From Lama glama (lineage: Eukaryota): a DNA stretch of 64,000 nt. The stretch is from assembly GCA_028534125.1 (NCBI GenBank), contig CM052817.1, positions 61,692,001 to 61,756,000 of the forward strand, in the 5' to 3' direction. Below, in pieces: positions 14,640 through 27,335 of the stretch (position 1 is the first letter of the stretch; each line of letters begins with the position of its first letter). The position numbers and the translations under genes were made by a program. The notes under the pieces were generated by a model, which had not been told where the DNA came from, made no database searches, and saw only the letters and a program-made list of their open reading frames with translations.

Positions 14640-14815
14640 CTATCTTTCTGGACCCGTTCTGTCATTCACTTTTGATGGCAATCTGAGAAGGTAATTGCTG
14701 CTGGTAGCTTATTTGGTAAATGAAAAAACTATGATATAGAGGAATTAAGTTATCTGTCTGAGATAACCCAGCAAGTAAATGGTAAAACTGGCATTTAAAC
14801 TGGTCATATGGCTCC
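14640..14815 (-). mobile_element. MIR SINE, decayed
   Basis: aaatgaaaaaactatgatatagaggaattaagttatctgtctgagataacccagcaagtaaatggt. Confidence 0.7.
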
Positions 14816-15096
14816 TGCTAGGAGACAGCTTTTCCTAGCAGGAGAGCCCTTCTTGAGGCAGCTGAACACTGACTGCATATTTGATTGGTTCTCATTCACA
14901 AACTGGCCGAATTTCAGAGAGTACTTCCTGAATCATGATTGTCTCTATACATTCAAAGCAGAGCGGCGAATTTGCCCTCAATACAAGAAGTAAAAAATGA
15001 TGTTTTAATCAACTTTCAAAGATAGAAAACCACTCTTTTTCTTTTAAAGGTTTGAGGGTGAAAATGATGCAACACACGAATTTGACAACGAAAGGG

Positions 15097-15222
15097 GCTG
15101 GGTTCAAGTTCTAGGCTTAGGCAAATGTTTTAAACTCTCGAGGCCTCCTTTTCTTCAGCTGTAAAATAAGGCCACTGATTTCACCCCAGTGGATGGCTGT
15201 GGTCCCTTCCAGCTCTAACGAT
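15097..15222 (+). mobile_element. MIR3/MIR SINE fragment
   Basis: ctgggttcaagttct...cctccttttcttcagctgtaaaataagg...ggtcccttccagctcta. Confidence 0.7.
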
Positions 15223-15879
15223 AATCTTTGTAAAATAGCCTGAGGTGTCCTGGAGTAGTTTGTAAGTGAAACGAAAAACTCTCAAGGGTAAGACAGTGTC
15301 TTGACCTGGCTGTTGACCTCACCAAGTTCGTGAGGTTTTGAAAAATGCTGATTTCCTTCTCTAGAAGATTGATTCCAAATTCTGAGTTCTGGACTCAGGA
15401 CTGTGGGGTTTTTTTTTTTTAGAGTCATGTAAACCTAATGGATAGCCAAGTTTGGAACTACTTATTTGAAAAAGGCTCCTATGTTGCTGTCCCGTTCTAT
15501 TTTCTCTCCTTTGAAAGGCTGGGGAGGACATCTTTCTGTGGATTCTTTGATTATTAAATTTTTGTTGTCCTTTCCTTAGAGGAAGTTTTTTTTTTTTTTA
15601 ATAACCTGTGGATATTCTTTTGTGTCTTTTCTATTCCAGGGAGCAAGAACTGTTCTATCACCAGATCAGTGTCTTTATATGGAAACACGTATAGTCCTGC
15701 CTTATCTTGGAAATACGAAACATTGTTCCCCTCATCAGAGTTTAGCTTGGGAGTGGGGGGTGGGAGTGGAGATACATATAGACTTAGCTGGAGATTGGCC
15801 TTTTCCCTCCATTTTTGGTATCTGTTAAAATTGCCTTCTACTTGCCAGGTACTATGCCAAACACTCAATGTACATTGTT

Positions 15880-16045
15880 TCAGTTTATCTTGTGAACAAC
15901 TCTTTAAAGGAGAGAAGATATTATGATCTATTCTTTTTAAAGATGAGAACAATCAGAAGCAGAGGCTTGATTCACCTGGTCCAGATAACCTGGCTAGACT
16001 TGGTAGAGTGAAGATTTGAAGTTGAAATTAGGTCAGTACTTTTAA
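15880..16045 (-). mobile_element. MIR SINE fragment
   Basis: ttttaaagatgagaacaatcagaagcagagg...ggtagagtgaagatttgaa. Confidence 0.6.
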
Positions 16046-17087
16046 AAGATACAGTGCTTAATTTTCAAGGAGGGTTCTTCAGACCTCCTTGAGGATCGTG
16101 AGATAGAAGTAAAATGATTTTTGTAAAGGGAATTTAACATATATCATCATTGGAAATATAGGAATTAGTAAGTTTAAAATATTATCACTCTCTGATTTGG
16201 TTGGCATGCAAATTAAATGAATAATTCCTTGCCTACAAAGTTGATTGTATGTAGAATCAGAATTGGCACCAGGCAAAATTATGAGACACAGTGGGCTCTT
16301 CTTCTCCTTCCCCTTTTCCACCCTTAACTTCAAGTTACCCTACGGTTTTTAGGCAGATTTGATTCTCAGTGCAGGAATCTTTCTACTCGTCTCCCCTTCC
16401 TAGCAGCGTCTCACAGAAAACTAGGCCTGCAAACTTGAGAGTTCTAAGAATTCTCCTCCCCTCCTCCACTGGTGAGGATTCCCGTCCAGAGCTCCCTCTT
16501 TCATAAGATGATTGTGAATCTGAGGTGGCTTTTTTGAGGCACAGTGTACAAACTCTGATACTGCATGCCAGATTTGTCTGTGTGTACATTTTCTGGCCCA
16601 TAACTTCACAGTCTCCATGGAGTCTGTGTTCAGAAAACAAGATGGAAAGTGTTTTTGCATTCCATCACATTGACATTCTAGGTGGTCTTATATTTTCTGT
16701 TTCTGCTACTTATCAGATATTAATGTGATAGCTCATTCCCAAAGACTTTTTATTCACTACTAATACACATGCTTATTTATTTGTTATTTACACTTCTCGT
16801 GTTTTCATGAAGTATTTGAGATTGTTCACGTAAAACATTGAACAACTTACTAATTTAGTTTTTTCCAAGGGGAATACTTTTCATAATTAATATATTTTAT
16901 AAATTTTCATCTAATATACTTGAAGGATGGTTTCTAGTTGGAGAATTCTTTATTGTGGTATGGTCATTATATATGAAGTATAGGAAATTTAAGATGCAGA
17001 ATATAGAACTTAGCTTTTTTCTTTGTAAATTATTTTTGCTTCATTGTAATGATTTTGCCAAGTTTTAATTTGATTATTTTTTTAATA

Positions 17088-17290
17088 CAGAGGTTGAGAG
17101 GTTGAAAACTTGAATGCCTTGAGGGTTGATTGGCAGTAGAGTGGATTGAGGGCAGGACTATAGAGAGTAATAGGTACTATGACAAGATAGAAAATAATTA
17201 CTCTAGCTAAAGCATTTACATTCACATTGTAGGAAAAATACTGATAGTTTAACAAACATGGGCAAAGGCATATGTCTGTGGCCCCTGTCC
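17088..17290. mobile_element. Possible hAT-Charlie MITE (MER102-like), decayed
   Basis: gaggttgaaaacttgaatgcct...ctaaagcatttacattc...aacaaacatg...tctgtggcccctg loosely resembles the remembered MER102-group consensus. Confidence 0.4.
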
Positions 17291-17885
17291 TACTCCCTTT
17301 GTAGGACTAAAGATATACTAGTAAATTGGATACTTTGTAGTTAAGCTACTACAGGAAAAAAACAAATGATTTTTCTTAGTTTGAGGAACATGTGATACTC
17401 TTGATCCAGGTCTGTTTTTCATTAAGCTGAAAATTCCATGAGTAGAGGAACTATTGAATCCTCAGAACCTACCAGAGTATTTGGCACATAGTAGGTTTGT
17501 TAAAAACACGTTTAGTAGTATAGTCAGTTTTGCCCCCAACTTTCCCTCAGATCTGCCTATTCCTGTGCATCTCCACCATCATACCCTGATCTAGGGCACT
17601 GCTGTAACTAATAACTTATAATCTACTAAAAGAATTTTTCTGGCTCTAGTCTGGTCAATGTCAGTCTTTCCACAAGTCCAAGGATTCAAAACTAAGACAA
17701 CTCCCTTAATTAAAAGCCTTTAATATATTTGCATTGCCCCCAATTCAGAGAAGAGTTGTGATCACTCGAAGGTGGTATCTGAAATTTTATATAATTTTCT
17801 TTAGGTGTTAGAGAATTTCTAGACACTAATAACATAAAATCTCATGAAAATATCAACTGTAAACTTAAATTTCATATTTACAGAT

Positions 17886-18410
17886 TGTGACTTATCAATT
17901 GCAATAATAGCCCCAGTTGTTTCTTTCTTGTATCTATATTCTCTGCAATGTGACTTTACTGTTCTTCCTGTTAAGATGTAGTCCGTTTCTCTGTCTTGAA
18001 TCTGCTGGCCTTGTAATTAGGTTTATTCAATAGAATGTGGCAGAAGTAAGGGTGCCCAGTTCTCAGCCTTAGTCTCAAGAGCCCTAACTTGCTTCTGTTC
18101 CCTCTTGGAAGCATGCCACTACCATGAGGACAAGGACAGGCTAGCCTGGTGGAAGAAGAGCAGCCACGTGGACGACAGCTAAGTTGTGTTAGACTTGAGA
18201 CCAGCCGTTAGCCAGCTGACCCTGAAACATACAAGAACCCAGCAGTGATGAGCTACCTACCCCACCTGAACCTCAGCACACAATCTTGAGTGAGTCCACT
18301 TGAGATGTGAATAATCTTCCAGCTGACCTATAGGTTCATGAGCAACAGTTAATGTTTGGAGCCGCTGAGTTGTAGGGTAGTTAATTTTTGTAGCAGTTGC
18401 TAATAGATCT
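17886..18410 (+). mobile_element. MaLR solo LTR (MLT1F/G/H group)
   Basis: ttgaatctgctggccttgt...caatagaatgtggcagaagt...gccttagtctcaagag; 3' end gccgctgagttgtagggtagtt...gtagcagttgctaa. Confidence 0.85.
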
Positions 18411-18889
18411 ATTAGTGCCTTTTTCATCCAGTTACTGAAAAAAAGACTCAATTTCAAACAACTGAATATGTTGCATTTTTATTTAGAAAATCATCATTGT
18501 CGATGTTTAGAAGGATCTGACAAATGCATTTGCCAATTCTTAAGAATTTGCAAAGAATAGTGAAGTTTGAACATTTTTCTATTCCAATTTGTTTTAAAAA
18601 AACATAAGGGAATACACAGTTATCTTTGTTTTTTAGCTGAAACTATTAGAGCTAACACATTTATTACCAGAAAAGAAACTAGTATAAAGACATTTTGCCA
18701 AACTGTCTGACTGTCCTAATGTTGCTGAAGGAAATGTTAAATTAACATAGGAAAAGAACACTTGACCACTTGACTTCGATTTTTTACATTATGGTAGAAT
18801 AAATATTTTGAAAAAATTTCAGGATTTTGAAAATGCATAATATAAAAAGCACAATTTAATGTTAAGTATAATTTTCAAGTGTGTTACTA

Positions 18890-19670
18890 AGCTGGCAAAG
18901 ATACTAAGAGGAATCTTCAGAGGCCAAAAATAAGAAAACATGAATCCAGAAAAATAAGAAAGAGAGCTCTAAATCTGACAGCCTTGGTGACCCAACCCTG
19001 GAAATGTGGCATTCTCATGAAAGGACATACTTGGACCAAAAATTCCCTATAGAAGGAAGCTTAGTAAAAATGAGGAAAATAAAATGATACAAATAAGTAC
19101 AAATATATCAGCAATCACAATAAACGTAAATGTACTGAGCTTTTTATAGTTCATAAGGATTTTCTAATGACACAGAAAAATCCAGCTATATGCTGGTTAC
19201 AAGTATCATGCCTAGAATATAAGTTTAAAAATGGCTGAAAATAAAAAGTGAGATATATGTATCAGCCAGATAATAATAATAATTAATAAGCTTGGGGAGA
19301 GAGAACATGAGAAGAAATAACATTCTAAGATGAAGAAGCATAATATCCTGAAAGATACAATTCTTACGTGTATCTAAAAGGATGGCTTAAATTTTTTTAT
19401 TAACGTAAAATTAACTGAATTATAAGTAGGTGTTGACAAGTGGACTCTTTCAGTAGGAGATTTGAATGTAATGCTCTTTCTTATTGCTCGACCAAGCAGG
19501 TCCCAAATCAAGAAGCAATATAACAATGGAGCCACATAAACATTACATTTGATATTATGGCTCTATATTGTGTATATATATATATATTGTATATTGTACT
19601 GTGCTACAAATTTGTTGAATACACATTTTTCCCAAAGTAATGGAAAACATTTTAATAAATCACCATAGAC
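18890..19670 (+). mobile_element. Old L1 fragment with ORF2 endonuclease N-terminus remnant
   Basis: aaatatatcagcaatcacaataaacgtaaatgtact (ISxITINVNxL-like), ccagctatatgctggttacaag (PxICxLQ), gtaggagatttgaat (VGDxN). Confidence 0.75.
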
Positions 19671-19674
19671 CTTC

Positions 19675-21920
19675 CAGGTAGCTGAAGACAGTGGAGGGCA
19701 GTACGCTAAGTAGCCTCCCCAAACCTCCTCTCCAGATGATATGGCATAAATTTCACGACTACTAAATTTCTGTGCAAAAGTACATGAGCAGCGTTACTTG
19801 AAGACAAGGGATTCAAAGATTGCAGAATAACAATGAGTGCTGCAGCCCCATACATTCCTGTTTGTCCCCTATCACGCTCATGGCAGAGCTCATGACAAAT
19901 GCAGACTTAGGAAAACGAGGGGTGCTTTCTAGGGGCCTTGAGGAGGAGCTGGAGAGACCACCCCAAAGATGAAATACAAACCGAATCTGAAGACACTAAA
20001 AGAGTAACTGGGCCTATGAGAAAAGGATTTTAAAGTGCATTATTTAAAGGGCTAGACTAACAATTTGATGGGACGGCCTTACGGATCATAGCTTTTCAGA
20101 GGGGGAAAAATGGTCAGAAGGAATGCAGGATTCTTTGGCAGTTGGATGGTGAAGAGGAAAACAGGAAAGGAGGTATAAAGGAGAACTACAGTCTTAGAGG
20201 ACGCACAGCCCTTCCCTACCTCCAAATCAAATAAACAAAGAAATGAACCAAGCAAACCAGCTGAAGTACCTGGACTTTGTCAGACTGACAGAAAAGAGCA
20301 CCAAAAATATTCCAGTATCACAAAATGAACAAAAGAAAAATAAAATCCATATAGATACACTGAAGAAAATCAGGAAATGAATTTTCACATAAATCAACAC
20401 AGTGAGCTGGAGGAAAATATGTCCCCTACCCTGAAAAACAACCAAGAACTAGAAGAAAAAACTGTGTGCTGACTCCAAACAGAATTCAACATAAAGCATT
20501 TAAGTATATGAAAACTTACCTTTAATCAGAAATTTGAAAAACAAAAACAAATTGAAAAAACAATGAAAAGTGAAAAGTAGTACATATATTTATCTCAGGA
20601 AATAAATGAAAGGAAAAAGACAAAATTACTTCAAAAATAAATAAAAATTAAAAGGCACACAAGGAATAACATAATAACAGACCCAAAGATAAGTAAGAAA
20701 TGTTAAGGAAAGATAGGAGAACTTCGAAGATAATACAGATGACATAAAGCAGCAAAGTAGAAATGATTGGAAATGGAAGGTGGGCAATAATATATGAAGG
20801 AATAATATTTGCATTATTTAACTCTCTGAAGAAAAAATGTTCAGAATTAATTTTTAAAACTATAATCCAAGAAAACATCTCAGAAATAGAAGAAATCCTG
20901 AATCTCTACACATGAAAGTGCTTACAAGGGAAAATTAACCCTGAACAATCAACTCTGAGATTTAGTCTATTTCAGAGAGAGTGATAAAAGCCTCAAGGCT
21001 AATAGGCAAAGAACAAGAATACTTAGACTAGCATCAGACTTTTCAAAACCGGTATACGAAGAAAGCAGGGCAACAGTGTTGATATGTTATTAATGTTATT
21101 ACTCGTACTGTTATCCTCAATGAAATAAAAATATTGTCCTTTCCACTACCTCAAGTCTTTGAAAAATGAAGAGCAAACAGCAAATAAAATAAATTACACA
21201 TAAATACACAACACTGATACAGTTGAGACCAAGTGTGTCAGACACAATGCATGTAAATAGGGTTAAGTCACCCAGTTAAAAGAATAAAATGGTCATTCTG
21301 ACACATAATACAAAACCCAGCTATATGCTAGTTTGTTACAGACACGTCTGAAACAAGATGATTCAAAGAAGCCAATAATCAAGTAGTGGGCATAAGTATA
21401 TCAGGCAAAAGGGCATAGAAAGAAAGCAAGGGTCCTGGTATCAAAGTGGAATACAAGCTTCAAAGCATTAAGCGTCACAGAGACGAACACTTTTAATACT
21501 AAAAGCCACGGTCCACAGTGAAGCTATAATGTTTTTGAGTATGTATGTTCCAAATAACCCAGCAACAACTCTTACGAAACAAACACTGCAGGAGATGGAA
21601 GAAGACAGATGGCAACCCGCTAAATAATAGGTGACTTTAATAACATGACACTCAGCACAGGACAGATCAGGTGGACAGAAGATTAGGAAAGGGAAAGAAA
21701 ATATAAACAAGGTAATCAGTAGGGTGGGTCTTAGAGATGTTATGTATATAAACCCTACACCCTGACAGAGATTACACATTCTTCTTAAGTGCCTATTGCA
21801 CATTTGCAGAAATTTATCACACCTCATTCACAAAGAAAACAATTAATTTTATGAAGTAGAAATACGACAAGTAGCAATTTCTGATCACTGTGCATTAAAG
21901 GGAGCATTTCCTAATGAAAA
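19675..21920 (+). mobile_element. Second old L1: 5'UTR, ORF1 remnant and ORF2 endonuclease remnant, 3'-truncated
   Basis: ORF1-like gaaggaataatatttgcatt, ataatccaagaaaacatctcagaaat, ttagactagcatcagacttttca (RLxSDFS); ORF2-like catgtaaatagggttaagtcacccagttaaaaga, acccagctatatgct, tatgttccaaataac, ataataggtgactttaata (IIGDFN). Confidence 0.8.
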
Positions 21921-22091
21921 CAGGACATGTTAGGAACTTTGAAGGAGAGAGAAATGATCAGTTTACAGAGAGAAGACCAGGAGCATATACACTAAGTTTG
22001 TAGAATGGTGGGGCATGAATCTTCATCTTTGTTGGGTTTAAAAAAAAAAAAACAAAACTGAAAAAAAATTTAATTTACCAGTGCTGGTGCT

Positions 22092-22330
22092 CAGTTCAGC
22101 AAACTTTGTTTTCCCATTCTGTGCAAAATACTGGGTGTGCGGAGATGAAAAACTCTTCCTTGCCTTGGAGAAACTCCCTGTAGAGGTGGGTAATTATGAT
22201 CATATGTAATCACTGTATGATTACAGTGGCAGAATTGATCAAGCAGTCTTGGAAAATACTCAGCATCTAATTTAATATTTCTGTGCTTGTGGAGGGAGCA
22301 GGATCTTCCTATCAGGCCGAAGCTCTCCAG
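22092..22330 (-). mobile_element. L2 3'-end fragment
   Basis: cagttcagcaaactttgtt...tgtgcaaaatactgggtgtgcggagatgaaa...cttgccttggagaaactc. Confidence 0.6.
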
Positions 22331-23164
22331 ACCCTGTGCTGTTTTTCCTCTATACCTTGTGGCCTGGATAATGCAGATCTTGTTGCATAGACTGCTCACA
22401 GTAGGTACTGAGTACAGTTAAAACCGAGTAATGATTTTCATTTATCTTATTTCTGTAGTTTACAAGTACTTTGTATCATTTTATTATTTATACTCTGTGA
22501 CAGTTTTTAAATAAGATATTGCAACTGTGCTTCATAGATGAGGCCCTTCACCTGAACAGAGCTTTTCTAAGATGCTTTCTGCTCTAGAATCCCTTGTACC
22601 AACTTTGGGATAGTAGTGAGATGGCTGATTGTCTTGTTTATATTTGTTAAAAAAAAAAAAGTAACTAACTGTTTTAAACTACCCGAGTTAGGCTTGTTTA
22701 TTTTAGACCATTTAAAAAGCACAGAATACATAAAAAATAAAATAAATACTACTTGTCACCCAGATGAGCACTTTTCATGCTTTGGTCTGTATTCTTCTTG
22801 TTCTTTTACTGTCTCATCTCCTCATCTCTACTTAGCTTTTTTCTTTCCTCCTCTTTCATTTGCACCTTCTATATGTGTACAATTAAGAATATTTTGTGTA
22901 TCTGTTGTTCTTTTACACAATGTGATGGTGGTATCAGGGAGGAGAAATTACAAATGGGCAGATTGAGGAAGGCTTTCTTGAAGGTGGTGATTTTTGGATC
23001 TGGGTTTCAGTGAATAGGGGAGATTTTTGACAGGCAAAAATGGGGAAGAAGATCACGTTAGGTAAAGTCCTCTCACTAAAGGCACAGAGGCAGGAAAATT
23101 TGCTGTGTTAGGCAAATGCAAATAGTTACAACTGTATGCTCACTTATAAAAGCATGAACAATAA

Positions 23165-23340
23165 CAGTAGTTGATGATACCATGCACTTTTTGTTGGAAG
23201 CACCTTGTAAACATTAATTTTTTCATAATTATATGAAGTAGGTTCCATTAATCATGTTACAGATAAGGAAACTAAAGGATAGTGGGATGAAGTAGTAACT
23301 TGGTCCAAAAGTGGAAAGTGGTAAAGCTGAGATGGAGACA
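23165..23340 (-). mobile_element. MIR SINE
   Basis: atgaagtaggttccattaatcatgttacagataaggaaactaaagg...aagtagtaacttggtccaa. Confidence 0.75.
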
Positions 23341-23954
23341 GAGGAAGGCTAACTGGAAATTTGTGTTTGTAATGTGGCCAGTGAACTGAAATTTCTGGGC
23401 TAGTCCCAATTTCAAATGTTTTGTTATAAAGTTGCTTACCTTGGATTGCATTATTTTATTGTCTTTTATTGTCAGAAAATCTGTTAATGATAGATTACTA
23501 GGGAAACCATGTATTCCATTGTTTCTTACACTGCAAAATCGACTTTTCACCAGTATTAAAATATTCTACATTTTATAGTATACTTTAATACTATATTGAA
23601 AGAGGGATAGTTAAAAAAAAAAAGACTTCAGCAGCCTTTTTTTTCCCCTTATTTTAAGTGTATATGGGAACCTCAAAGAATAAGAGAAAAATTTATACTG
23701 AAGTCCTTTTAATATGTCAGCACCAGAAATCTCTTGTGTGGAATCTAAGAGAGACCCCGCCCCCCCAATGAATTTTTATTGTCAAGTAGTACAATGGTGA
23801 TGTTCCAAGCATGTTATCCAAAAGTGAACTTACTAGAGTTTTAACAAATGTATTTTATCCCTTGCCTTCCTATATTTTTATCTTAATTTGACTGTGATTA
23901 AAGTATTTTTCCATCATAATGCTATAAGATATTTGATAAATTCTGAATATATTA

Positions 23955-24110
23955 TACATGATAAGCATTTTATGAGCCAAACATGTCTTAAGCCCTGTGA
24001 CAACTCTGTATTATCTCTGTTTCCCAGATGAAACTGAGGCTCAAATTAGTACAGGGAAAACAAGTTAAGATCGAAAGTTAGGTGTCTGCAGCTTTAAAGC
24101 GCATGCATGT
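23955..24110 (-). mobile_element. MIR SINE fragment
   Basis: tattatctctgtttcccagatgaaactgaggctca. Confidence 0.65.
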
Positions 24111-25180
24111 TCTCCTCTGGGGTGCTAAAATTCTGATTCTTTAAGTACAAAAAGTGATCATTGAAAAAAAAAAAAACCAAAAGGTTTTACACTTGATTCT
24201 GATGTGAACAGCGGAAGTTCTTTCTAGTTCTGAGCCTCCCCCAGTTTTTTTTCACTGATGCTGCTGTCCTGCAAAGAGCTGTCCCATACAGAGTAGCCAT
24301 AATGTACCGCAGCCCCCAGGTTCCAAAACGGGAAACCTGAGAAGGAGCCACAGTCTTCCGGTAAGCAACAGATGGTTACTGTTTAAATGAGGGTAAACTC
24401 TGGATCTCATCTGTGAAGTGATTTTAGGTTTCTGTAGGGCGGGTGGGTTCAGAGGGTTAGTCAAGGCAACAAGCTAGTAAGATTTAGGAGGAGGAAGAAG
24501 TAAACAAACCAAATTTATTGTAGCATTTTTCACCCTTATATACGCTTCAATCACAGTCATATGGCAGGTTGTATGTTTCTGCCACCCCCACCCCACCCCA
24601 AATAGAGGAGGAGGGGCGAAGGGAGGGCATGGCAGGCTGTTGAAATTTGTACTGTGTTGGCACCCAGCAAGTGAGTTTTGCTAGGGGGGTAAGTCCTGTG
24701 GCTTGTTTTCTGCCTTCGTGAATAGAGCCTTTCCGTCTTTGCCAAGCCTGCAGTTAATGCGGTCAAGGGATTTATTATGAAATGTACTAAATCTTGGCAT
24801 GCAGCTAATTGCATATAACAAGAAGCGTGCTAGAGGCTTGGACCTGAGAAGTGACACATGCAAAAAGCATTCTCTTTCTGATGTTGCTGAAAGAGGTTCT
24901 GTGTAGGGGAGTGTCTGCATGTCTGCGCTTATTGCTAATGAGGTAACCCCTCACCCAAAGCACATGTCTGAGTTGCTTGTTAAAATAAATGCAGAGTTCT
25001 CTCTCTCTCTCTCATAGTTGTGAACAATTGGCAATTGAAGAATGAATATTTACTAACTCTTAACTCCACTTCTAAAACTCTTACTGTGCCGTAAAAATAC
25101 ACTCATGGCAGTTGAAATTATATAATTAAAATCTAGAGTAATTCTGATGCAAAGGTATAAAAAGGCAACCAGAGAGATGC

Positions 25181-25571
25181 TGTACTAAGTCAAGCTGCCA
25201 TAACAAAACACCATAGAGTTAGTGACTTAAACAACAGAAATTTTCTTAGTTCTGGAGGCTGAAAGTCTGAGATAAGGGTACCAGCATTGTGGGTCTGATG
25301 AAGGCTCTCTTCCTAGCTTGCAGACAGATGATTTTTCTTTGTATCTTCGAGTGGTGGGAGAGGAAGCATAAGGGGAGATCCAAAGAGCACGAGCTGTCTG
25401 GTCCTCTTCTTCCAAGAGCACTAGTGCTGTCATAAGGTACCACAACCCACCCCCATGACCTCATCTAAACCTAATTACATCCAAATGCTCTATCTCCAGA
25501 TACCATCATCCTGAGATGGTAGGGCTTTTTCAACATAAAGTTTTGGAGGGGACACAATCCAGTCCATAGCA
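25181..25571 (-). mobile_element. MLT1A/MLT1A0 MaLR solo LTR, essentially complete
   Basis: TG...CA termini; gctgccataacaaaacacca...acttaaacaacagaaattt...gttctggaggctg...catgacctcatctaaacctaattac...ggggacacaatccagtccatagca. Confidence 0.92.
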
Positions 25572-26477
25572 GAAGTATTTAAAGGAAAAAACAAATATTG
25601 CCTCTTTTTAAGCTCAGTGTGTGTTCTTAAAACTTTAAAGTTTATTTTAAAAGTATAATTGAATAAATTAAAAGTAAAAATTGAGTGACTTTTAAAAATC
25701 CTTTTCTGTTTTTGTGAAATTTTGTTACATGAATTTTCTCAAAGCATTATTTGGATGTTTATCTTTATAGTCCTCACAACACCCTAATGTATGCATCGTA
25801 TATAGTAGGTGCTTAATACTTGTTTGGTACATTAAAAACTTAAACACTTTTAACACTTTCCCACAGTACATACCACATATACATTAATTTACTGAAATAT
25901 ACAAAGATTAAACCAATAAAACTTGGTTCAGTGAAACAGTCATATCTTTTAACTGTAAGGAGAAACAGTTTTCTGCAGATAATCCTCTTCCCTTCCGATA
26001 ACAAAAGCTGGTTAACAAAGTACGTTTAGGAAATAAATGTGAAGTTTTGTATTTTCTTAGCTTAGTGATTTCTGTATGCGTGTAAAGCTAAGACCTTGGT
26101 ACTTAAAAAGTAAGTGGGAAGAGATAAATGGTGGGTTGCTTATAGTGGCTTCTGTTATATGACTAACACTAATCTTTTTGGTACTAGCGGTTTTGGAAGT
26201 GGCGGTAATCCTGAACTTAAAACAGTAGTGGCCACACGTTTTAATCGTGGCCCAGCAAGAAGGAAATGTTGAAATGAAAGTGTAGCCTTTGAAAAAAACA
26301 GTAGCATTCAAAGATAGAACAGCCAAGAGATCATTTGTGTGATCCCTATAACCTTGCAAATTCATTAATATCTAGGGCTTACCAGAGCAGTTTGAATTTT
26401 TAGCAAGTGCCAGATATTGGCACTGATCAGGGTGATAAAAACCTGATGATTTACAGAGAAGAAATAGCTTCTTTGCT

Positions 26478-26590
26478 TGTTCATTCACTTAAAATTGATT
26501 TACTGAGGTTCTCCTCTGTTTTGAGGCACCATGCCAAGCACTGTGACAGACACCGATCAGTGATAGCTTTTACCCTCCAGTACTTAATTC
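26478..26590 (-). mobile_element. L2 3'-end fragment
   Basis: gttcattcacttaaaattgatttactgaggttctcctctgttttgaggcaccatgccaagcactg. Confidence 0.65.
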
Positions 26591-26869
26591 TGTATTTACT
26601 TAACTAATATTAAATTGAGTCCCTCCTACATATACAGTACTGTCCTGCCTCTTGGGACTGAAAATACAAACATCAGTAAGAATGGCCCTTTTCAAAAAAG
26701 CTTGTGTCTCATCCAGGGAAATACGCATAAACACATAATTGCTCTTAGTTATTAAGTTTAATAACTTGAGATTTGGTGCCAGGTCTAAATAGAGGTTAAT
26801 ATTCCAGAGGAACAAACACATGGCTTTCCAAACCATTCACCGGGTCTGGTATATGTTACCACAGTAGTT

Positions 26870-27028
26870 TAAGTCCTTGCTGCCCAAAGGGTGGTCTGAG
26901 AACCAGCAGCAATGTCATCACTTGAGAGAAATTACTGGAAATGCAGAAGAATCTCAGCTCCCGCTCCAGGCCTACTGAATCTGAGTTGACATTTGATTCA
27001 TACATGTATTGAAGTTTAGGAAGCTTTA
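26870..27028. mobile_element. MER5A/MER5A1 hAT-Charlie MITE
   Basis: caaagggtggtctgagaaccagcagcaatgtcatcacttgagag...gaaatgcaga...tctcagctccc.ctccaggcctactgaatc...aagtttaggaagc. Confidence 0.85.
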
Positions 27029-27109
27029 ATACAAGGTTTGACATAGTCATATTTATATGAGATGAGTTTTTTATCTGATGTCATAGCTGAGTTGTATTTG
27101 CACAAGTGT

Positions 27110-27335
27110 CCTTTTAACAAGCATTTAGAGAACACAAGGACTTAGGGGACATGTACCAGGTACTGTGCTGGGAGCTGAGGACAAATGACTTTTAGCCATA
27201 GTTAATTGCTAAATAAATCTGATAACCTAGTAAAGAAGTAATTGTATCAGTACTGAGAGTAAGGAAACTTTCTAGAAAAGACATGATACCAGAACTAGTC
27301 CTTAAAAGATCTGCAAGGATTTGTTTAGGAGGAGA
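27110..27335 (-). mobile_element. L2 3'-end fragment
   Basis: aacaagcatttagagaac...atgtaccaggtactgtgctgggagctgaggaca. Confidence 0.6.
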
